IMG/VR virus record: IMGVR_UViG_3300045988_110748
DNA: 41,334 nt
Source of the DNA: a virus
Direction: 5' to 3' (one strand)
Shown here: positions 1 to 9,354 of the stretch, piece by piece
Layout: the number at the start of each line of letters is the position of its first letter
How positions within the stretch are numbered: position 1 is the first letter of the stretch
The notes under the pieces: model-generated
What the model saw: the letters and a program-made list of their open reading frames with translations, nothing else
What the model was told of the DNA's origin: nothing
The model's database searches: none
Translations under genes and position numbers: made by a program

Positions 1-59
1 CTTTTTTTTGTTGACGCTTACGCGGTGACGGACTGGGAGAAAGGGCTAAAGGCGGCAGC
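1..59. repeat. Terminal overlap copy 1 (identical to 41276-41334)
   Basis: cttttttttgttgacgcttacgcggtgacggactgggagaaagggctaaaggcggcagc is read at both window ends. Confidence 0.95.
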
Positions 60-420
60 GGAGTTTATAGCGTGTGGGCGGGACGAGGGCAACACAAAAC
101 GCCCGCGCGTTATTGACTGGGACAAGGATTTCCCCTATATGGTATCGGCTATAAACAAAGTTGCAGGGCGGGAAATACGCGCCGATGAATATTGCCACTG
201 GTGGACATTTATCGGCTATTTTGACGCCATAGACGGCGAAAGCACCTTTGCCAACATCGTCAATATACGCAATAAAAAAGCCAAAGGCAAGAAGCTTGAG
301 AAATGGGAACAAGAGTTTTATAACGCGAACCGTGACTTGTGCGACATAAAGAGTAAACAGCACGGGACGAGCAAGGAAAGCCTTGCAGCATTATGTGAAG
401 CCTTTGCAGCAGAGGAGTAA
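1..420 (+). CDS. Phage Gp15-like tail assembly protein, C-terminal part (5' part lies at 41132-41275 across the junction)
   Basis: Frame 1 is open from base 1 (LFFVDAYAVTDWEKG...) and continues the ORF that starts at 41132. The gene sits immediately upstream of the tape measure. The sequence pattern (DWDKDFPYMVSAINKVAG, HWWTFIGYF) resembles the Phage_Gp15 family as I remember it. Confidence 0.75.
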   Translation, partial: LFFVDAYAVTDWEKGLKAAAEFIACGRDEGNTKRPRVIDWDKDFPYMVSAINKVAGREIRADEYCHWWTFIGYFDAIDGESTFANIVNIRNKKAKGKKLEKWEQEFYNANRDLCDIKSKQHGTSKESLAALCEAFAAEE

Positions 421-426
421 AACAAA

Positions 427-2694
427 ATGGCAGACGGTAGCATAATTTTTGATACCGCATTGGACACAAGCGGCTTTGAAAAAGGAGTGCAGCAACTCGA
501 CAAAACCAATAAAGCTGCTGCAAATAGTGTGAATGAAACGTCGCGGGCGATAGAAGCACAAGTAAAAAAGGTAGAACGGCTAAAACAAGAATTACTGCTT
601 GCGCAAGATGTATATAAAGAGGCGGGGTTCAGGGGATTCAACACCGAACAAGCCGCCGTTGGCGTATACAATGCGCAGCAAGCGTTATCTAAAGCTACGG
701 CAGAACTGCGGGCGATGCAAAAAGCCGCTGATGATGTAGCCGCGGCTACCGACAAGCTCCCTCCCAGCGCGGAGAAGGCAGCAGAAGCCGCGAAGAAAGC
801 AGCCAAAGAAACCGAGGGAATAGGCAAGGCGGCGAAAAAGTCTGAAAAACAGATGGGCGGCCTTGAGAAACGGCTTGTTAGGCTTGCCCAGCGAGTTTTG
901 GTGTTTAATGTTATCTTGAAAGCCTTAAACGCATTCCGCGACTACTTGGGCAAAGCCCTGAAAACGTCAAAGGAGTTTACGGCGGCATGGAATAATTTTC
1001 GCGGGGCATTGCTTACGGCATTCCAGCCGATATGGGAGACCATATTGCCGTGGCTGACAAAATTTATAAATATTCTTGCCAAGGTTATAACGTGGGTTGC
1101 CGCGTTTTTCTCGTGGCTCACGGGCAAGAGCCTTGCCGCAAGCTCAAAAAATGCGAAAAACCTATACAAAGAAGCTAACGCGATAGAAGCCACTGGCAAG
1201 GCGGCAGACAAGGCCAAACTATCCCTTGCGGCGTTTGACGAGATAAATAACCTATCATCCAACAAGGATACTGGCAGCGGGGGCGGGACCAGCGGTGTTA
1301 CAACGCCCACGTTCGAGGTTGATACAAGCTATCTCGAAAAAGTTGAGGGCATAATGAAGAAAATCGGCGGATGGGTGCTTGCCATAGCCGCAGGGCTTGG
1401 CGCGTGGAAGATAGCAAGCGCATTTGGCGCTGACCTAAAGAAGTGCATAGGATGGTTTATGACAATATCCGGCCTTGTGCTTGGCATTACCGGCTTTTTA
1501 GACGCATGGAATGAAGGACTTAATTGGGATAATTTAATCCAGATACTCACGGGGGCGGCCTTGTTTGCTGGCGGCCTTGCTGTGCTGTTTGGCAAGGTTG
1601 GCGGTGCTATCGGGCTTATAATTGACGGCATTGCACTTATTGTAATAGGCATTAAGGAATGGGTTGAACAGGGCGAGCTAACAGACCAAGCATTTGTAGC
1701 AATAGAGGCGGGAATAATCGCAATAGGCGCGGCACTTGCATTGCTGATTAGCCCGTGGGCGTTGGTTGTCGCTGCGATCGCCGGTGTTGCGCTTGCCGTA
1801 TACAAATACTGGGACGAAATATCCGCATTTTTTAAGGGCGTTTGGGAGAAAATAAGCGCCTTTTTTGTCGGCATATGGGAGAAAGTCAAAGATATTTTCG
1901 CACCCGTAATACAATGGTTTAGCGACAACATAATAACGCCACTTGTCACATTTTTTGAGGGAATGGGCGAACGCATAGCGGCGGTATTTGAAGGCTGCTG
2001 GATAATAATTCAAGCTGTGTGGAAAATCGTTTCGGAGTGGTTTGACCAAAACGTTATCCAGCCCGTTGTGGCTTTTTTCAAGAAGCTTGGCGAGGACATT
2101 TCCCGCATATTCAAAGAGGCGTGGGAGGTAATAAAGCCGATATGGAACGCCGTGGCGGGGTGGTTTAACCAACACGTAATACAGCCAATAGTTAAGTTTT
2201 TTACCTCCGCATGGGACAAAATCAAAAATGCGTTTGTTACTGCTTTTGAAGCTATTTCGGCATTTGCAAAGAGCATTTTTAACAGCGTTATATCCATGGT
2301 AGAGGGTATTGTGAACCGCGTCATTAAAGCTATAAACGGCATAATCGGCGGGTTTAATAAGGTGGTAACGTGGGCGGCTGGGGTTATCGGCAAGGATTGG
2401 GGCGGAGTTGCGCTCCTGCCGGAAGTGCATTTGCCGAGATTGGCAGAGGGCACGGTTGTACCCGCAAATCGCGAGTTTTTAGCCATGCTGGGCGATAACA
2501 AACGCGAAACCGAAATTGTATCGCCGTTATCAACCATGAAGCAAGCGCTGAAAGAGGCGTTAAAGGAAAGCGGCATGGGCGGCAACATGAACGTTCAAGT
2601 TTTCCTTGACGGTCAAAAAGTATATGACAGCGTGGTTGACTACTCAAAGCGCGACATACGCCGCACGGGGCGATATCCGATTTTAGGAGAGTGA
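427..2694 (+). CDS. Tail tape measure protein
   Basis: 755 aa, directly after the chaperone pair. It has an N-terminal coiled coil (AEKAAEAAKKAAKE), a central Gly/Ala-rich multi-TM block, and repeated aromatic helices (FFKGVWEKISAFF, WFDQNVIQPVVAFF, WFNQHVIQPIVKFF). Confidence 0.9.
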   Translation: MADGSIIFDTALDTSGFEKGVQQLDKTNKAAANSVNETSRAIEAQVKKVERLKQELLLAQDVYKEAGFRGFNTEQAAVGVYNAQQALSKATAELRAMQKAADDVAAATDKLPPSAEKAAEAAKKAAKETEGIGKAAKKSEKQMGGLEKRLVRLAQRVLVFNVILKALNAFRDYLGKALKTSKEFTAAWNNFRGALLTAFQPIWETILPWLTKFINILAKVITWVAAFFSWLTGKSLAASSKNAKNLYKEANAIEATGKAADKAKLSLAAFDEINNLSSNKDTGSGGGTSGVTTPTFEVDTSYLEKVEGIMKKIGGWVLAIAAGLGAWKIASAFGADLKKCIGWFMTISGLVLGITGFLDAWNEGLNWDNLIQILTGAALFAGGLAVLFGKVGGAIGLIIDGIALIVIGIKEWVEQGELTDQAFVAIEAGIIAIGAALALLISPWALVVAAIAGVALAVYKYWDEISAFFKGVWEKISAFFVGIWEKVKDIFAPVIQWFSDNIITPLVTFFEGMGERIAAVFEGCWIIIQAVWKIVSEWFDQNVIQPVVAFFKKLGEDISRIFKEAWEVIKPIWNAVAGWFNQHVIQPIVKFFTSAWDKIKNAFVTAFEAISAFAKSIFNSVISMVEGIVNRVIKAINGIIGGFNKVVTWAAGVIGKDWGGVALLPEVHLPRLAEGTVVPANREFLAMLGDNKRETEIVSPLSTMKQALKEALKESGMGGNMNVQVFLDGQKVYDSVVDYSKRDIRRTGRYPILGE

Positions 2695-2698
2695 AGCA

Positions 2699-3106
2699 AT
2701 GGCATTTGAAGGATTCTTGATGAAAGCGTTTGAGACAACGTTCCCGCATAAGTATATACAGATATCGACATATCAGACCACGCCGAGCCAACGGCAAGAC
2801 CTCGACAGCTATCAGGACAGCAAAGGCAATTTGCACCGAACCGTCGTTCCGCATGACCGCTCAAAGATAGTCTTTAAGACGATTGACGACCTAAAGCTTG
2901 CTGAAAAGCAGGAAATACAGGCGTTCTTTAATGGGGCAATGACCAACGCGCGGGAACGCAAGGTAACCCTGACGTACTGGAATGACGAGGATAACATATA
3001 TAAGACGGGATCCTTTTATATTCCCGATGTTACCTACCCCATAAAGCGGATTATGGGGAACGATATCGTATATGATTCGGTTGAGTATCACCTAATCGAA
3101 TACTAA
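2699..3106 (+). CDS. Putative distal tail protein (Dit-like), small
   Basis: The call rests on position alone: it lies between the tape measure and the large tail-tip/fibre protein. The RBS GGAGAG precedes the ATG. No motif was recognised. Confidence 0.4.
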   Translation: MAFEGFLMKAFETTFPHKYIQISTYQTTPSQRQDLDSYQDSKGNLHRTVVPHDRSKIVFKTIDDLKLAEKQEIQAFFNGAMTNARERKVTLTYWNDEDNIYKTGSFYIPDVTYPIKRIMGNDIVYDSVEYHLIEY

Positions 3107-3115
3107 GGAGGGCGC

Positions 3116-5578
3116 ATGAAAAGCTGGACTGATACAGCAAAAGCGAAATGGCGGGATAGCGACTCACGCCAAATTAAGGCAGAAATTGAACTTGGGCATT
3201 ATACATGGGTGCCGCCCCCGCCCGAACCTGACGAACCGGACGTACCCGAACCCGAACCGGGGGAAGTTAAAATAGCTTACAGAATAGAGCCTGGCGAGAT
3301 TGTAGGGAACTCCGCCAAGATAGACGAGGCCATATCCGATGCGGAAACCATCAAATATGGCACGGTACAGCCCGCAGCACTTGAAATACAGATTGTCGAA
3401 GATAGCGAGGAAGTAAGTGAGGTAGAGCGGTATAGCCAACATCTGGACGGATACGTTAAAGGGCGTATCTGGGATTATGCGATAGGCCACAAGATAACGG
3501 TATATCTATGGGATACAAGTAATGTGTTTGAAATGGGGTCTCCTTATGTCGCTGAATTTTACATTGCTGGGGTTAAAGGCGAGGGCACGACAAAATTTAA
3601 GACTATTACGGCATATGACGCGCTGAGCCTTTTTGACAAAGACGTTTCCGATTGGTACAACGGCCTTGACTTCAACGGGCTTACCCTTAAAGTGTTCCGC
3701 GAGAGCCTATGTACATATTGCGGCGTGGAATTTGAGAGCGTAACGCTGCCCAACGACAGCATGACCATAAGCCGCACAATGTCCGCAACGTCCATATCGG
3801 GGCGCGATATCCTTTCTGCGTGCTGCGAACTCAACGGCTGCTGGCCTAAGATAGAGCTATGGGCAGACGTACCTCCGGACTGGGATATCTCATTCATGGG
3901 AACAATAAACAAACTCCGCTGGGTGACGCTTGGCGGCACATCGTGCGAAACGTTTGATTACAGTCAATACGACTATACTTTCCGTCCCGACAGCACCCGC
4001 GAAGAATATGACTGCAAGGGCATTAACGCCGTTGTGGTACGGGCAACCGAAGACGATGTAGGCGGGCATTACCCCGCAACCGTGCAGGATAACCCGTACA
4101 TCATACAGGGCAATTTCCTATGCTTTGGCAAGACCACGGCGGAGCTTACCACCATAGCGCAAAACATATATAACCAGATAGCGAACAAGCCATACAGGCC
4201 GCACAAAACGGTTATAACGGGGCGGCCTTACCTTGAACCGGGCGACAAGGTAACGGTGAAATTCGCCGAGGGCAACGGCGGGACATTTGACACCTATATA
4301 CTCAAGCGCATAATGACGGGCGAGGCCGCCCTGCTGGATACCTATGAAGCCAAGGGGCAAAAGGAGCATAGGGAGCAGTATGGCATATCCCAACAGATAC
4401 AGCAGATACAGGGCAGGACAAACGAACTGTCCCGCACGGTTGACGAAACCGTAAACACCATTACCCGCATCGAGTACCTCACCCCCGTTTTGTCGAAAAC
4501 CGACCCGTCAGCGGAATGGACGGACGATGAAAAGGCGGCGAAAGAGGGCTACCAATGGTTTGACGGTACTGACTTGCGCATATGGGACGGGGCGGCATGG
4601 AAGCTGACCATATACCCCGACTATAACCAAAGCACACAGCCCACAAACGCCAAGGAGGGGGAATACTGGTATAACCCGACAACGGGCGAGATAAAGAAGC
4701 TTGTCGGCGACACATGGATGGCTGATAGCACGGTATGTATCCCCACAACGTGGACGCAGACCATGCAGACACAGTTAAAGATTACCGCCGAGGGCGTACA
4801 AAGCACCGTCACAAAGGATAATATCATATCCACCATCAACCAGAGCGCGGAGAGCGTAAGCATAGACGCAAGCAAAATTGACTTGACGGGCTATGTCACA
4901 ATAAACTCCCTGAAAGCAGGGGGAACCACGCAGATTGACGGCGGGCGCATAACCACGGGTACGGTAGCGGCAGCGCGTATCGATGTTGATAATCTCTACG
5001 TTAAGCACCTGAGCGCGGCTGATGGGACATTTTCGGGAACGCTTAACGCGGTGAACGGTACTTTTACCGGAACGCTGCAAGCCGCGAGCGGCACCTTTTC
5101 ATCCCTTGACGCTGCGGGTGGGTATGTCCATTTTGGGTATGATTATATATCCGTTTACGGGGTCGAAATAGGGTGGATCCCAAGAATAGCATCGCAAATA
5201 TGTATAGTGCCATCTGGCGCAGGCATTGGCAACGTTGGTATAGGCGATTATTATTGGGACCAGGTTAAAGCTAACCGACACCCAACTGCATCATCGATAC
5301 GATACAAAAAGAACATACTCGCTGCAACTGAAACAGACTTTAGCGATATAAGCAATGTCCGCATTGTGACATTTAACAATAAAAACGGCAGCGACGCAGG
5401 GCGGCAGATGGGCGTTATTGCAGAGGAACTGTACAAAGTATTTCCGTATGCTGTGTGCCTAAATGATGCTGGTGAGCCCGACGGCGTGGAATATGGCAAG
5501 TTATCACTGCTTGCCATTGAAGCAATACAAAAACTCGAAAAGCGCGTGAAAAAACTTGAAGAAAGGAGACTTATATGA
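3116..5578 (+). CDS. Tail-associated/tail fibre protein with C-terminal intramolecular chaperone (Peptidase_S74-like) domain
   Basis: 820 aa. The C-terminal ~98 aa from nt 5282 (PTASSIRYKKNI...GVIAEELYKVFPYAV...YGKLSLLAIEAIQKLEKRVKKLE) matches the S/D-x-R-x-K autoproteolytic chaperone domain pattern of tail spikes. Confidence 0.8.
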   Translation: MKSWTDTAKAKWRDSDSRQIKAEIELGHYTWVPPPPEPDEPDVPEPEPGEVKIAYRIEPGEIVGNSAKIDEAISDAETIKYGTVQPAALEIQIVEDSEEVSEVERYSQHLDGYVKGRIWDYAIGHKITVYLWDTSNVFEMGSPYVAEFYIAGVKGEGTTKFKTITAYDALSLFDKDVSDWYNGLDFNGLTLKVFRESLCTYCGVEFESVTLPNDSMTISRTMSATSISGRDILSACCELNGCWPKIELWADVPPDWDISFMGTINKLRWVTLGGTSCETFDYSQYDYTFRPDSTREEYDCKGINAVVVRATEDDVGGHYPATVQDNPYIIQGNFLCFGKTTAELTTIAQNIYNQIANKPYRPHKTVITGRPYLEPGDKVTVKFAEGNGGTFDTYILKRIMTGEAALLDTYEAKGQKEHREQYGISQQIQQIQGRTNELSRTVDETVNTITRIEYLTPVLSKTDPSAEWTDDEKAAKEGYQWFDGTDLRIWDGAAWKLTIYPDYNQSTQPTNAKEGEYWYNPTTGEIKKLVGDTWMADSTVCIPTTWTQTMQTQLKITAEGVQSTVTKDNIISTINQSAESVSIDASKIDLTGYVTINSLKAGGTTQIDGGRITTGTVAAARIDVDNLYVKHLSAADGTFSGTLNAVNGTFTGTLQAASGTFSSLDAAGGYVHFGYDYISVYGVEIGWIPRIASQICIVPSGAGIGNVGIGDYYWDQVKANRHPTASSIRYKKNILAATETDFSDISNVRIVTFNNKNGSDAGRQMGVIAEELYKVFPYAVCLNDAGEPDGVEYGKLSLLAIEAIQKLEKRVKKLEERRLI

Positions 5579-5745
5579 ACAAAGCTGAAAAACAGGTCAT
5601 AGAGAGCATATACGCTACTTTGGAGCAGACCATGCCCGTAATATCATATCGGGACGTTGAAGCTAAGTGCGGTGTGTTGCAATCGCTCAAACGGCTATAT
5701 AACGGCGAGTTTGAGGACAAAGTGGAAAAGGAGAACGAAGCATGA
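5575..5745 (+). CDS. Hypothetical small protein (56 aa)
   Basis: ATGA overlap with the upstream stop and the downstream start. The hand-translated frame is open: MNKAEKQVIESIYATLEQT...EKENEA. It falls below the ORF-track length cutoff. Confidence 0.5.
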   Translation: MNKAEKQVIESIYATLEQTMPVISYRDVEAKCGVLQSLKRLYNGEFEDKVEKENEA

Positions 5746-6923
5746 CCTACAACATCACCCTAACCGCCAACCACCAATCTTTGACCGCCGAATATCTCCC
5801 CCTTGCCGCTGAATCCGTACAGTATCTTACCGCGCAAATAATCTGCGAAACGGAGGACTGGACAGGGCGCGAGATTAAGGCCATGTTTGGACAGGGCTGC
5901 ACGGTACACGAAGTGCCCGTGACAGGCGGGGAAATAACCGCCAAGCAGCAGCTTAACCTTACAGCGGGCGACTGGCGCGTGTGGCTTGTGGGCAACTCCG
6001 CGCGGGACGGTGAAGTAATCCCGCGCATTACCACAAACGTGGCGCACATCAGCGTAGCCCCGACAGGCGGCACGGAGGGCAATCCCTTCCCCACAATCCC
6101 GCCCGCTGTCGAGGAACAGCTGCGGGCAGACATGGGCAATCTTGCCGACTTGACCACGGAGGACAAGAGCAGCCTTGTGGCGGCGATAAACGAGGCGGCA
6201 GCGAGCGGCGGTAGCAAGGATGCCGTGACATACACCCCGCAAACCCTGACGGAAGAGCAGCAGGCGCAGGCGCGGGAGAATATCGGGGCGTACACCAAAC
6301 CCGCATCTGGCATACCCAAATCCGACCTTGCGCAGAGCGTGCAGACAAGCCTTGCAAAGGCCGATGCCGCTATATCCCTCGGCCTGACCGCCGCTACCCC
6401 CGGGCAGATAATCAAGGTCAAGGCCGTGCAGGACGGCAAGCCGACCGAATGGGAGGCGGTGGATATGCCAAGTGGAGGCGTAGAGTGGTATGAAGTTATT
6501 GACATGGAAACTGCGGAGAATGTGAACGATTTGATTATATCTACCGACAAAAACGGCAGGCCGATATCCGGGTATCACGCACTTGCGATGGTGCTGTGTT
6601 TTGAGATTCCGGCAGATAGCACGCAAACGTCAGCTGGCGGAAACATCTGGGTGTACCCGATGTCCGACAATTACCTGCCCAGTGGAATTCGTACTATAAT
6701 AACCGTCGCTGGCTGGAAAACTATTACCAGAACTTTCAATTTTTTGTTTGCTGGTTCCAATCGTGTGATATTTATTTCGAGCGCAAGTAACGCGGTAACA
6801 TTTAATGAAGATTATAATAATATTTTTAATGGTATTAGATTATATGTAAACGGTGCTAATGACCACTTGCCCACAGGAACGAAGATACGCTGTTTGGTTT
6901 TATCGAAAGGATGGATGGCATGA
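5742..6923 (+). CDS. Tail fibre / receptor-binding-like protein
   Basis: 393 aa in the tail-fibre region. The motif NLADLTTEDKSSLVAAINEAA resembles the conserved fibre-shaft motif seen in many Gram-positive phage fibres. The C-terminal part is beta-rich. Confidence 0.55.
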   Translation: MTYNITLTANHQSLTAEYLPLAAESVQYLTAQIICETEDWTGREIKAMFGQGCTVHEVPVTGGEITAKQQLNLTAGDWRVWLVGNSARDGEVIPRITTNVAHISVAPTGGTEGNPFPTIPPAVEEQLRADMGNLADLTTEDKSSLVAAINEAAASGGSKDAVTYTPQTLTEEQQAQARENIGAYTKPASGIPKSDLAQSVQTSLAKADAAISLGLTAATPGQIIKVKAVQDGKPTEWEAVDMPSGGVEWYEVIDMETAENVNDLIISTDKNGRPISGYHALAMVLCFEIPADSTQTSAGGNIWVYPMSDNYLPSGIRTIITVAGWKTITRTFNFLFAGSNRVIFISSASNAVTFNEDYNNIFNGIRLYVNGANDHLPTGTKIRCLVLSKGWMA

Positions 6924-7084
6924 AAATTTGCGAAAACGGTATCTATCGCGACATGACCGCGGAAGAAATAGCAGAGCTTGAGCAACTTGCGGCAGAACAG
7001 CCCGCGCCCGAACCCACGGCAGAAGAAAGAATAGCGGTGCTTGAAGAAGCGTTAAATATGCTATTGTCGGGGGTGACGGAATGA
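6920..7084 (+). CDS. Hypothetical small protein (54 aa)
   Basis: ATGA overlaps on both sides. Hand translation gives MKICENGIYRDMTAEEIAELEQLAAEQPAPEPTAEERIAVLEEALNMLLSGVTE. Confidence 0.45.
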   Translation: MKICENGIYRDMTAEEIAELEQLAAEQPAPEPTAEERIAVLEEALNMLLSGVTE

Positions 7085-7278
7085 CAGACGAGCTGCGCAA
7101 AAAAATCCTTGCGTACAACCGCAGGATAAAGGCTGACCGCGCGGAGCGGGACGAGCTGCAAGCCAAGCTTGACCGTATCCGTGAGGCGGTAGATGGCATG
7201 ACGGGGCTGCCGAGCATATCAAAGCTGGCGGCATTTTTGGAGACCATCAGAGAGATTATAAAGCCAAAGGAGGGCTAA
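7081..7278 (+). CDS. Hypothetical coiled-coil protein (65 aa)
   Basis: ORF in operon context with translational coupling to the neighbouring genes. Confidence 0.5.
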   Translation: MTDELRKKILAYNRRIKADRAERDELQAKLDRIREAVDGMTGLPSISKLAAFLETIREIIKPKEG

Positions 7279-7282
7279 AATA

Positions 7283-8026
7283 ATGAAAAGATACTTTGCA
7301 ATGGTGCTTGCCGTTGTGCTGCTGTGCATATGCACGGGCGCAATGGCTATGGGCTGGGTGCGCACGGATAATCCGCCCCCGACTTATACCGTGACCGTCA
7401 CTAAGCTGGACAAGGTGGCGACCACCAGCGGCGCGGCCTATACCCCTGCACCGGGCAAGGCTGCTACAGTCGGCACGGTGGTGTACTTTACGGCAAAATT
7501 TTTGGATGCCGAAGGCAATCCCGTGCAGGGCACTATCAATCTTACGGATATGGACGTGCTGTATCTTGACGGCGATGTAGTCGCCGCGATAGTCACAGGC
7601 GCATACCCCGCCGTGCGGGCGGTATACAAGTATACTACCCCATTGGCGGAGCTGACCTATGACGGCAAGCCCGTGACCATAAGCGGGGATACCGTGACCA
7701 TAGGCAGCTTGACATTCATCCGCCGCAATGGCGTGGCGGTAGATGTGTCCATAGCGGGCGGCCTTGCCGACCTGACCCGCGAGCTGAACGCGCTGAATAT
7801 GACGCTTGACAACATCTACGCGGGCAAGATATACATGGACGATGCTGCGCTTGTGGCAAATCTCGGGCAGCACATCAAAGCCGAGGCTACGGCAGTATGG
7901 GGTGCTGATGGCGTGGTAGTGCGCACACCCGACTTGCCGCAGACTGGATCCGCGCCCGTGTATATAGGCTATATAATGATTCTTGCCGCGCTGGCCCTGG
8001 GAGTAAGAGTATGGGCGAAAAGGTAA
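7283..8026 (+). CDS. Secreted LPXTG cell-wall-anchored surface protein
   Basis: N-terminal signal peptide MKRYFAMVLAVVLLCICTGAMA. C-terminal sorting signal LPQTGS (7934-7948), followed by the hydrophobic stretch APVYIGYIMILAALALGV and the basic tail RVWAKR. Confidence 0.8.
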   Translation: MKRYFAMVLAVVLLCICTGAMAMGWVRTDNPPPTYTVTVTKLDKVATTSGAAYTPAPGKAATVGTVVYFTAKFLDAEGNPVQGTINLTDMDVLYLDGDVVAAIVTGAYPAVRAVYKYTTPLAELTYDGKPVTISGDTVTIGSLTFIRRNGVAVDVSIAGGLADLTRELNALNMTLDNIYAGKIYMDDAALVANLGQHIKAEATAVWGADGVVVRTPDLPQTGSAPVYIGYIMILAALALGVRVWAKR

Positions 8027-8688
8027 AGGAATTTTTGGCTTACCTTGAAAGCCACATCGGCGACGCTTACGTCTGGGGCGCGCAGGGCGAAAGGGTAGAC
8101 AACCGCGCCGACCTTGAAAAATGGGTGCGGCGCAAGGAAACTTCGCGGGCAAATGCCGAACGCGCCCTTGCATACATCAAAAAAGCCACCAAAACGCCGC
8201 TGTACGCCTTTGATTGCAGCGGCCTTATCATTCATTGGCTGCGTGACATAAAAGGGCTGATTGACGGTGATACAAGTGCCGCAGGACTGTACAGACAATG
8301 TACCAAAAAGGGCAAGCTTGCCGCGTGGCAGATGCAGCCTGGCGACCTTGTATTTAGGTACAGCTTCGCCAAAGGCAAAATGGGACACGTTGGCGTATAT
8401 GTCGACAACGGCATGGTGATAGAGGCGCAAGGCCGTGATGCTGGTGTAGTGATGCGCCATCTGTCTTGCGGCGGCTGGACGCATCAGGGCAGACACCCCG
8501 CGCTGGCCGAGGATACCGCTCCAACTGTCTTTAGGCTGACATCGCCCATGATGCGCGGCGAAGCTGTCAAGGCTATGCAGACCGCGCTGAATGCTTGCGG
8601 CTACGATTGCGGCAACGCCGATGGAATATGCGGCAAAGCCACAATGGCGGCTGTAAAGGCCTTTGCAACAGCCCACGCGGAGGTGTAG
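8011..8688 (+). CDS. Endolysin: NlpC/P60 peptidase + peptidoglycan-binding domain
   Basis: YVWGAQGE, FDCSGLIIHWL (catalytic Cys) and GHVGVYVDNGMVIEAQG (His) form the NlpC/P60 pattern. The C-terminal GEAVKAMQTALNACGYDCGNADGICGKATMAAVKAF is PG_binding_1-like. Confidence 0.9.
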   Translation: MGEKVKEFLAYLESHIGDAYVWGAQGERVDNRADLEKWVRRKETSRANAERALAYIKKATKTPLYAFDCSGLIIHWLRDIKGLIDGDTSAAGLYRQCTKKGKLAAWQMQPGDLVFRYSFAKGKMGHVGVYVDNGMVIEAQGRDAGVVMRHLSCGGWTHQGRHPALAEDTAPTVFRLTSPMMRGEAVKAMQTALNACGYDCGNADGICGKATMAAVKAFATAHAEV

Positions 8689-8691
8689 CCC

Positions 8692-9006
8692 GTGGAATGG
8701 TGGGGATGGTGTGCATCAATACTGGGGGCTATCGTCCTTATCGCGCAGGGCATAAAGGCGATAAGGGAAATAATAGCCCCTGCATTATCTATGCGGGAGA
8801 AGCTTGACAAGGTGATTGAGCATGATTCAAACGATTTGAAAAGATTTGATGAAATCAACACAAAATTTGCACGGCAGGAAGCCACAAATCAGGCTATTAT
8901 AACCGGCTTTGTGGCATTGATAAACCATGAGATTGACGGTAATGGAATTGACGGGCTGAAAAACGCCCGTGCGGAGCTTTTGCAACACATAATCGAAAGG
9001 AGATAA
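8692..9006 (+). CDS. Membrane protein of the lysis cassette (holin-like, N-terminal TM + coiled coil)
   Basis: GTG start after GGAGGTG. It has one TM segment (WWGWCASILGAIVLIAQGI) followed by a helical tail. It lies between the endolysin and the holin. Confidence 0.55.
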   Translation: MEWWGWCASILGAIVLIAQGIKAIREIIAPALSMREKLDKVIEHDSNDLKRFDEINTKFARQEATNQAIITGFVALINHEIDGNGIDGLKNARAELLQHIIERR

Positions 9007-9008
9007 AA

Positions 9009-9287
9009 ATGACGAACGAATTTTTTACTTGGGCGGTGCTTTTGACTTACGCGGGGGCTACCCTCGCTACCAGCCTTGTAACCCAGCTTATCAAGGGTGT
9101 GGGCTTTATCGACAAGATACCTACGCGCCTGACCAGCTATGTAATCGCGCTTGTGGTGCTTATAGCCGCGACCTTTTTCACCGGCGGCTTGACCCTTGAG
9201 GCGGGGGCGCTGTGCGTGATAAATGCCGTGGTAGTGTCCCTTGCTGCCAATGGCGCATATGATGCGATAGCCCGCGACAAGAAATAA
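9009..9287 (+). CDS. Holin
   Basis: 92 aa with RBS AAAGGAG. It has three hydrophobic segments and a charged C-terminus (ARDKK). It is adjacent to the endolysin. Confidence 0.75.
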   Translation: MTNEFFTWAVLLTYAGATLATSLVTQLIKGVGFIDKIPTRLTSYVIALVVLIAATFFTGGLTLEAGALCVINAVVVSLAANGAYDAIARDKK

Positions 9288-9354
9288 AATTGCCGCCGCC
9301 CCTCTGCGACACAAAAAAGGCCGGAGGTGATAGGCCGATGAGAAGCCGGCCTGT

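Noticed and set aside
5747-8676. Several long - strand ORFs (5747-6550, 5760-6626, 7256-8173, 7969-8676)
   Set aside because: All are antisense to well-supported tail fibre, LPXTG and endolysin genes. They have low-complexity Arg/Ala/Cys-rich translations and no plausible start context.
9314-9352. AGGCCGG...CCGGCCT hairpin after the holin gene, and a 23-codon mini-ORF starting at 9338 behind GGAGGTGA
   Set aside because: The hairpin has a 20-nt loop and no T-run, so it is not a convincing terminator. The mini-ORF is short and featureless. It is noted only because its RBS is better than that of the 9355-9594 gene.
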